Below, in pieces: positions 6,705-11,728 of a stretch of DNA of 11,728 nt. The first letter of the stretch is position 1. Every line of letters starts with the position of its first letter. This DNA is from a virus (Duplodnaviria; Heunggongvirae; Uroviricota; Caudoviricetes). Position numbers and translations under genes: made by a program. The notes beneath the pieces were generated by a model. That model saw only the letters and a list, made by a program, of their open reading frames with translations, searched no databases and was not told where the DNA came from. The stretch lies in IMG/VR virus record IMGVR_UViG_2565956624_000004, positions 1-11,728 of that record, one strand, 5' to 3'.

Positions 6705-7310
6705 ATGCAGAACCCTAAAAAACCAATAAGACGCCGTTGCAAGTGCTGCGGCGTTTTTTTTGAGCCTAAATATCACAATCAAACGTGGTGCAGTGATGAG
6801 TGTCTGGAAGAGCTGAAGTTTGATCAGCTATGCCGCGACCGTGAGAAGGCTATGAAGGCTATGGAACGGAAGAAACGCCGTGATAGCCAGCGGGAAGAAC
6901 GCAACCGGAAGCGGAAGCAGTTAAATCCGCGTAGTTATTGGTTGAAGCAGGCACAAGCGGTATTTAATGCCTATATCCGCGAACGTGACGCGGGTCAGCC
7001 GTGCATATCATGCGGGACTTACTATTACGAACAATGCGGAGCAGATGCCGGACACTATAGAACGGTTGCCGCCGCCGGGCACCTTCGTTTTAACGAGGAT
7101 AATTGCCACAAACAATGCAGGCACTGCAACCAGACATTAGATGGCAACATAGAAGCATATCGCCCAGCGCTGATTAGGAAAATTGGCCTTGCCAGGGTGG
7201 AAGCGCTGGAGAACAACAACGAAACTCATAAATGGGCGATCGAAGAATGCAAGGAGATCATAAAAGTCTATCAGGCTAAATTGGACGCCTTAAGGAGAAA
7301 GGCAGCATGA
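6705..7310 (+). CDS. ninG: NinG/Rap-family recombination protein (structure-specific endonuclease)
   Basis: In-frame ATG 6705 with SD GGGGTGG. Translation carries NinG hallmarks: N-terminal RRRCKCCGVFF, PRSYWLKQAQ, PCISCG, DAGHYR, LRFNEDNCHKQCRHCN, and C-terminal IEECKEI. Confidence 0.85.
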   Translation: MQNPKKPIRRRCKCCGVFFEPKYHNQTWCSDECLEELKFDQLCRDREKAMKAMERKKRRDSQREERNRKRKQLNPRSYWLKQAQAVFNAYIRERDAGQPCISCGTYYYEQCGADAGHYRTVAAAGHLRFNEDNCHKQCRHCNQTLDGNIEAYRPALIRKIGLARVEALENNNETHKWAIEECKEIIKVYQAKLDALRRKAA

Positions 7311-7708
7311 ATGAATATACTTTTAGCCTGCCTTACCCGCCATCGAACAATAAATATTACCGGCATTCGCGCGGTTTCCACTATATAAGCAAGGAAGGTA
7401 AGGAATACAGGGAGCAGGTAAAAGACATTATAAAACTGCTTAATCTGAAAATTAATCTTAAGTGTAGGCTATCAATAACGGTGTATATTGCACCGCCAGA
7501 TAACAGACGCCGCGATATTGACAATGTAGGGAAGGCATTATTTGACGCTATAACTTATTCCGGTTTTTGGGCTGATGATAGCCAGGTTGACGCAATGAAA
7601 TTTGTCCGCTGCCGGAAGGTAAAAAGAGGGCGATTGTTTATCAAGGTACGCGAACGCGGCGACCTGTTACCGGATATTAACGAATACTTGACTAATATGT
7701 GGTGGTAA
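7307..7708 (+). CDS. rusA: RusA-family Holliday junction resolvase
   Basis: Translation matches RusA along its length: YTFSLPYPPSNNKYYRH, PPDNRRRDIDNVGKALFDAITYSGFWADDSQV, RGRLFIKV. ATGA overlap with ninG. Confidence 0.85.
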   Translation: MNEYTFSLPYPPSNNKYYRHSRGFHYISKEGKEYREQVKDIIKLLNLKINLKCRLSITVYIAPPDNRRRDIDNVGKALFDAITYSGFWADDSQVDAMKFVRCRKVKRGRLFIKVRERGDLLPDINEYLTNMWW

Positions 7709-7710
7709 CA

Positions 7711-7893
7711 ATGAAAAACGAAATTAAAGATCTGCAAATAGATATTCAGCGCGACGAGCGTGATTTAGCCACAGTCCGACAAATTCAGGCTTTTCACATG
7801 CGAGAATTACTTGCACTGAAAGAGTTTGAAAGAAAGCTAGTGCAATCAATATCTGATCGCAAAAGACTGGTTGCACGTTACGGGGGTAAATAA
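7711..7893 (+). CDS. hypothetical coiled-coil protein (60 aa)
   Basis: ATG 7711 three nt after the rusA stop; charged, helical-looking sequence. Occupies the small-ORF slot often found between rusA and Q in lambdoid prophages. Confidence 0.45.
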   Translation: MKNEIKDLQIDIQRDERDLATVRQIQAFHMRELLALKEFERKLVQSISDRKRLVARYGGK

Positions 7894-8615
7894 TGAATTT
7901 GGAATCTATTCTTAAATTCCACTTCCCAAAATCACCGCGTTTGTCAGATGAAAGCCGGGGCACGTCCCCGGATGCGCTTAATACTACGGATGCGCTAACT
8001 GCCGCTGGTATGGCGCAATCGCGCGTAGAGCTTGGTTATAGCGCTTTTCTGGGAAAGATGGAACTATCACAAGCCGAAAAACATAAGGCCGTAGTTTTGC
8101 TTATAGAGCGTTTAAAGGCTATGGCAAAAGATTATGAATACGTTATGGAACTGGACGAGGCTAAACGCAATGATCTCATTATTCTTGTTGCCGTTTTCGC
8201 GTTTCGGGATTATTGCCAGAGTGCCGCGACGGAAAAAACTTGTATGGAGTGCGGCGGATATAAATTTACGTTTGACGAATACGGAGAAAAACACCTTTGC
8301 AAAAAATGCAAGGGGCATGGGAAGGTTCTCAATCATTGTAAACAATGCAAGGGCCGTGGCGAAGTACCGGATAAAGCAGCCAGCGAAGCGGCGGAAATGC
8401 CAGTGTTCAAAACGTGCCAGCATTGCGGCGGGCGCGGGTACTCGCGTTTCCCCGTAGATCTTGTGCGTCAGGCCGTTAATCAGCTTGTTTTTCCGGTAAG
8501 CCGATCAACCTGGTGGAAAAAATACCGGGTTTTCTATGAAGACGCCATAGCGGAGCTATTCAAAGAAGAGGGCCGCGCGGAAAGTGAAATCAAACGAGTG
8601 ACACGGGGTGAATAA
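7893..8615 (+). CDS. putative Q-like antitermination protein with DnaJ-type zinc finger
   Basis: Four CxxCxGxG repeats (CMECGGYK, CKKCKGHG, CKQCKGRG, CQHCGGRG), i.e. a DnaJ CR-type zinc finger. Position directly downstream of ninG-rusA is where Q sits in lambdoid phages. The Q assignment is inference from position plus zinc-binding architecture. Confidence 0.45.
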   Translation: MNLESILKFHFPKSPRLSDESRGTSPDALNTTDALTAAGMAQSRVELGYSAFLGKMELSQAEKHKAVVLLIERLKAMAKDYEYVMELDEAKRNDLIILVAVFAFRDYCQSAATEKTCMECGGYKFTFDEYGEKHLCKKCKGHGKVLNHCKQCKGRGEVPDKAASEAAEMPVFKTCQHCGGRGYSRFPVDLVRQAVNQLVFPVSRSTWWKKYRVFYEDAIAELFKEEGRAESEIKRVTRGE

Positions 8616-8815
8616 TGGATAAGCTGGAAATAAACGATCAGTTTGCCGTTATCTTATTTGAAGATAAAACAGGCGGCGCATGGTGTAAGAAAGTCACTGG
8701 CGCGGAAGCGCGTTTAATATTGGGTATGGCAAGCGCGTTAAATGAAGGCGAATTGCCAGCCATCCCTATTAAGCCTGTCAAAATTTACAAGCGGGGTGAC
8801 GATGATGAAGCCTAA
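8615..8815 (+). CDS. hypothetical protein (66 aa)
   Basis: ORF whose ATG overlaps the upstream stop (TAATG); acidic C-terminus; no domain recognised. Confidence 0.45.
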   Translation: MDKLEINDQFAVILFEDKTGGAWCKKVTGAEARLILGMASALNEGELPAIPIKPVKIYKRGDDDEA

Positions 8816-9074
8816 ACTAAAAGAACATCTATTTGCAAAGCTGGTTAATGACCTGACATTATCCGCGCGGTTGTGCCGTGATACACAACAATTGAGGGCG
8901 TGGATAGCAAGGGATTTAAAAAAATATATTGAGCCTGGCGGGCCGGGTGGCGAAATCACGATGGACGAAGCCATCAAGCGCCGTTCGGCTGAATGGTCAG
9001 TGAGTAACACCGGATTAACCGGATACATTGAAGGCTATAACGACTGTTTACAGGATCATAGCGATGGCAAGTAA
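8805..9074 (+). CDS. hypothetical protein (about 89 aa)
   Basis: In-frame ATG 8805 (alternative 8802) with SD GGGGTG 6 nt upstream, within track ORF 8742-9074; no domain recognised. Confidence 0.45.
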   Translation: MKPKLKEHLFAKLVNDLTLSARLCRDTQQLRAWIARDLKKYIEPGGPGGEITMDEAIKRRSAEWSVSNTGLTGYIEGYNDCLQDHSDGK

Positions 9075-9375
9075 AGACCTGCATTTGAATCTGAAAGGGG
9101 AATATTTCCACGCCATATGGACTGGAAAGAAGGTGGAGGAATACCGGCTTTATAATGACTATTGGCGTAAACGTCTGGAAGGGCGGGAATATGAACGCCT
9201 GATTATTAAATGGGGATACCCTGCCAACCACGAAAAACACAGGATTATTAACCTTCCTTATTTTGGGTACGAAGTAAAAACTATCACTCATCCATTATTC
9301 GGCCCTGATCCTGTTAAGGTATTCGCAATTAAATGTGACAGAAATTGGATGTTGAGAGGTGAAAATGAAAAGTAA
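9064..9375 (+). CDS. putative ASCH/PUA-like domain protein
   Basis: In-frame ATG 9064 with AGGA 8 nt upstream. N-terminal pattern LNLKGEYFHAIWTGKKVEEYR resembles the ASCH signature (hydrophobic strand, then G-K-K-x-x-E-x-R). Tentative. Confidence 0.4.
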   Translation: MASKDLHLNLKGEYFHAIWTGKKVEEYRLYNDYWRKRLEGREYERLIIKWGYPANHEKHRIINLPYFGYEVKTITHPLFGPDPVKVFAIKCDRNWMLRGENEK

Positions 9376-9580
9376 CCGCAAGCGCCTTGTAAGGGCGTAC
9401 GACAAAGCATTAAAGGCTTTTGATGATCTGCGACACAATAAACGCCAGCGCCGCAAATGGGCGCGTATGCTTGTTTATGAGTGGCATTATTCTGATGCTT
9501 TTATGGAAAGCGCACCGCTATTAACACAAGAACAAGCCGACGAAGTGGCTAACGATAACGTTTATTATATGATGTGGTGA
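9365..9580 (+). CDS. hypothetical protein, paralog A of a tandem pair
   Basis: ATG 9365 (track ORF starts at GTG 9359). MKSNRKRLVRAYDKALKAFDDL... ends ...DNVYYMMW. Clearly homologous to the next gene. Confidence 0.5.
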   Translation: MKSNRKRLVRAYDKALKAFDDLRHNKRQRRKWARMLVYEWHYSDAFMESAPLLTQEQADEVANDNVYYMMW

Positions 9581-9584
9581 CAAT

Positions 9585-9806
9585 ATGAAAAGTAACCGTA
9601 AGCGCATGATAAGAGCATATGATAAAGCGTTAATGGAATTTGACATACTACCACGCAGCAAGCGCCACCGCCGCCAATTTGCGAGATATATTTTTCATAT
9701 ATGGCACGATGCTGATTTCTTTTTTGATGCCAGATATATAACACAGGAAGATGCTGATAATATAGCTTACGATAACGTTTACTACATAATGAGTGAGTGT
9801 AATTAA
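9585..9806 (+). CDS. hypothetical protein, paralog B of a tandem pair
   Basis: MKSNRKRMIRAYDKALMEFDIL...DNVYYIMSECN; N- and C-termini conserved with paralog A, central region diverged. Confidence 0.5.
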   Translation: MKSNRKRMIRAYDKALMEFDILPRSKRHRRQFARYIFHIWHDADFFFDARYITQEDADNIAYDNVYYIMSECN

Positions 9807-9807
9807 T

Positions 9808-10173
9808 ATGCAAATAATCATTGATTACCTTTGCCACGCTGTAAATACTCTTTTTGGTTTTTATCAACAACCATTCCTCAAAGAATGGGACGAAATGCTT
9901 AATGACATCATTGATAAAGGGTTAATAGTTGAGGTTGGCAAGCTAACGATAAAATTTAATTACGAAGGCAAAGAATATGAAATATGGGTAGGTAATAGAT
10001 GGTACTCATACGGGCATATTTATTCAATTGGCGGCAAATACATTAAACGTAGCCAGGAGTTCAGGCCGCGATTCCGCACAATGCGCCGCCTGCGTGACCT
10101 GCATATGAATATATTTGAAAATCAGGAAGCGTGTGAACTATTCAAGATCTACGGGGATAAATCATGGAGCTAA
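9808..10173 (+). CDS. hypothetical protein (121 aa)
   Basis: ATG 9808 two nt after the upstream stop (track ORF starts at GTG 9793); no domain recognised. Confidence 0.5.
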   Translation: MQIIIDYLCHAVNTLFGFYQQPFLKEWDEMLNDIIDKGLIVEVGKLTIKFNYEGKEYEIWVGNRWYSYGHIYSIGGKYIKRSQEFRPRFRTMRRLRDLHMNIFENQEACELFKIYGDKSWS

Positions 10174-10394
10174 AAATCTGGCAGGCTATTGACGTGGTTG
10201 ATAATGAATTGTCTATGTTCGCCACTAACGGGAAACGCGTTGTGATCGCTACATGGACACGTAACCATGATGATATTGCTTTTCGTCGCAAGGCTGCGGA
10301 ATGGCTTTTCTCAGATGGCGGCTACACGATGAACATCGCACAGCTTGCCAGAATGAAAGATGAAAAGCTGGTGGACAGCTACACAACTGCGTAA
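10164..10394 (+). CDS. hypothetical protein (76 aa)
   Basis: ORF overlapping the upstream gene by 10 nt; no domain recognised. Confidence 0.45.
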   Translation: MELKIWQAIDVVDNELSMFATNGKRVVIATWTRNHDDIAFRRKAAEWLFSDGGYTMNIAQLARMKDEKLVDSYTTA

Positions 10395-10404
10395 TGGGGT
10401 GAAT

Positions 10405-10635
10405 ATGCGTATCTATGAACACAAGCGGGATAAAACCCGCTTTTTTGTTCGTGCTGGCGTGGCGTACCAGTATCACGAATGCGGTTACATTGAGGCGCTT
10501 GCTTACGATCTGGATTTTGAGCAAGAAAAGGCATGGTTCGATTTTAAAATTTACCGGAAGCGCAAACCAACACGCGACGAGCGCCACGCTATCCGGGACT
10601 TTTTAATCAGTATTGAGCGCTGGGGGACAGATTAA
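10405..10635 (+). CDS. hypothetical protein (76 aa)
   Basis: In-frame ATG 10405 with GGGGTG upstream, within track ORF 10360-10635; basic protein; no domain recognised. Confidence 0.4.
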   Translation: MRIYEHKRDKTRFFVRAGVAYQYHECGYIEALAYDLDFEQEKAWFDFKIYRKRKPTRDERHAIRDFLISIERWGTD

Positions 10636-10862
10636 TGAAAGTAAAATTCTTGCACGATCACGGTTATCCGTCATTGAAACAGGTTGTTGGTAAGGTGGTT
10701 GACGTCGTTCATAGTGATAATGTCACTTGCATGATTAACGGTGCTGACCTAATTGCCGCTGGCGCTGATGATCATTACATTAATCCTGCATGGTCGTATA
10801 CGTTCAGCCTGGGAGACTTCGTTGGCGACAAGGGGCGCGGGCTGGAAGTGGTCGAGGGTTAA
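10635..10862 (+). CDS. hypothetical protein (75 aa)
   Basis: TAATG overlap with the upstream gene; no domain recognised. Confidence 0.45.
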   Translation: MKVKFLHDHGYPSLKQVVGKVVDVVHSDNVTCMINGADLIAAGADDHYINPAWSYTFSLGDFVGDKGRGLEVVEG

Positions 10863-10866
10863 CATC

Positions 10867-11115
10867 ATGGACGTTTACGAAGATCTATACCTCCATACAG
10901 ACATAAACACTTTTTATTTTCTTAAAAACGGCGTCGTGTATCGCAGTGACGACGGGGTGATAATGAAAGAGTGGTTATTTAAGCGTAAAGACCTACTCGA
11001 CGATCTGGTTTTTGCCGGGATATTTCGTAAACGTCCGGCTAACCTGGAAGAAGAAATGTTGATAGAGGTATATCAAAATGAAAATCAGGGTAAGTTATTT
11101 CCGGGCGAAAGATAA
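10867..11115 (+). CDS. hypothetical protein (82 aa)
   Basis: In-frame ATG 10867 within track ORF 10753-11115, 4 nt after the upstream stop; no domain recognised. Confidence 0.45.
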   Translation: MDVYEDLYLHTDINTFYFLKNGVVYRSDDGVIMKEWLFKRKDLLDDLVFAGIFRKRPANLEEEMLIEVYQNENQGKLFPGER

Positions 11116-11329
11116 GGCAACGGGAAAGCAGATGGCGATCCTGGTTAACGAGGCGCAGTACATGTTTGTCCTTCAGCCGTGGTGTGTTGTAGACCTTAAC
11201 GACAATTGCCGCCGTCACGCTGCGCGGAGCGCTGTAGGCATGAAAGGATGGCAGCCGCGCGACATGGAAAACTATTGTGAATGGAAATTGGTGGCAAAAT
11301 ACACGGTAGACTATAAAGGGGTTTTCTGA
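11078..11329 (+). CDS. hypothetical protein (83 aa; alternative start 11132)
   Basis: ATG 11078 has GAGGT 8 nt upstream but overlaps the preceding gene by 38 nt. An internal ATG at 11132 would avoid the overlap. Two CxxC-like pairs (CVVDLNDNC, and one Cys in ENYCEWK). Confidence 0.4.
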   Translation: MKIRVSYFRAKDKATGKQMAILVNEAQYMFVLQPWCVVDLNDNCRRHAARSAVGMKGWQPRDMENYCEWKLVAKYTVDYKGVF

Positions 11330-11586
11330 TGGAACATTTATATTTTAATGTAATTCAGACTCGCGATCTCGACAAATTCAAAGACGGTAAGGTTTATTGC
11401 GGGGTTCAGATTTACGGTGCGCCTGGTGGTGATGGTGCAATGGCTATAACTGGCGATGATGGTAAGTTATATTTTGCTTATGCAAGCCATATCAATAACG
11501 CCTCTGGCTTGTATATTTATCGCATCGTGCATGATTTCCGTGAGATCGCTGTACTTCATGCTCGCGAAGGTAGTAAACCGGAATAA
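11329..11586 (+). CDS. hypothetical protein (85 aa)
   Basis: ATG overlapping the upstream stop (TGATG); Gly-rich segment GAPGGDGAMAITGDDG; no domain recognised. Confidence 0.45.
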   Translation: MEHLYFNVIQTRDLDKFKDGKVYCGVQIYGAPGGDGAMAITGDDGKLYFAYASHINNASGLYIYRIVHDFREIAVLHAREGSKPE

Positions 11587-11612
11587 ATGTGATCTACCAC
11601 ACAAAGTTTACG

Positions 11613-11640
11613 AAATGGCATTGTTTAGGCAGTGCCATTT
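11613..11640. promoter_or_regulatory. inverted repeat AAATGGCA-N12-TGCCATTT in a 96-bp intergenic gap (operator, weak terminator or RNA hairpin)
   Basis: Read directly; 8-bp perfect arms with a 12-nt loop, followed by TTGTTACATATAAG, which contains -10-like hexamers. Only a short T run follows the stem, so a strong intrinsic terminator is not supported. Confidence 0.2.
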
Positions 11641-11682
11641 TGTTACATATAAGCCACGGAAAGACGAATGGGAGGTAAGAAG

Positions 11683-11728
11683 ATGAACGCTAACGCTAAG
11701 GAAGGTGCGAATAAGCGGGGAAATTCTT
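11683..11728 (+). CDS. hypothetical protein, 5' fragment (continues beyond window)
   Basis: ATG 11683 with strong SD GGGAGGT 6 nt upstream; MNANAKEGANKRGNS... open to the window end. Confidence 0.35.
   Translation, partial: MNANAKEGANKRGNS

Larger units (their letters stand above)
9359..9806 (+). repeat. diverged tandem duplication (two units of about 220 bp, each one small gene)
   Basis: Unit starts are near-identical at nucleotide level (atgaaaagtaaccgcaagcgc vs atgaaaagtaaccgtaagcgc) and the 3' ends share gataacgtttattatat / gataacgtttactacat; the middle has diverged. Confidence 0.6.

Noticed and set aside
8974-9291. 105-aa minus-strand ORF
   Set aside because: Antisense shadow of the + strand genes in the small-gene array; no RBS or recognisable motif.
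10367-10374. Chi sequence GCTGGTGG
   Set aside because: A single occurrence in 11.7 kb is about what chance predicts for an 8-mer on two strands; no evidence of enrichment or orientation bias.
10415-10606. Alternative-frame ORF 10415-10606 (63 aa)
   Set aside because: Fully nested within the better-supported 10405-10635 frame, which has an upstream GGGGTG and follows the coupling pattern of its neighbours.
1-11728. CRISPR arrays, tRNA/rRNA genes, integrase or att sites, IS elements
   Set aside because: No regularly spaced direct repeats, no cloverleaf-like tRNA candidates, and no integrase or transposase-like ORFs were seen; the window is densely protein-coding on one strand.

Overview
This window reads as a phage or prophage early/accessory region, with every supported gene on the + strand and most genes joined by overlapping stop/start codons (ATGA, TAATG), which suggests long polycistronic operons. 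I found no tRNA, rRNA, CRISPR array, integrase or transposase. Confident calls from motifs I recognise: an SSB (195-656), a phage Dam-like N6-adenine methyltransferase (4092-4631), a compact C5-cytosine-methyltransferase-like protein (5590-6354), NinG/Rap (6705-7310) and RusA (7307-7708). Weaker calls: a NinF-like Cys-rich protein, a Q-like protein with a DnaJ-type zinc finger, a VUT/YhhQ-like membrane protein, and an ASCH/PUA-like protein. The rest are small hypothetical proteins. Three short intergenic gaps (2803-2901, 6355-6513, 11587-11682) carry palindromes and promoter-like hexamers and probably divide the window into transcription units. The two best candidates for something undescribed are a methyltransferase-transporter-methyltransferase module (4092-6354) and a tightly packed array of twelve small unknown genes after the Q-like gene (8615-11586), which includes a diverged tandem gene duplication. 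All functional assignments rest on my reading of translated motifs; no database search was run.
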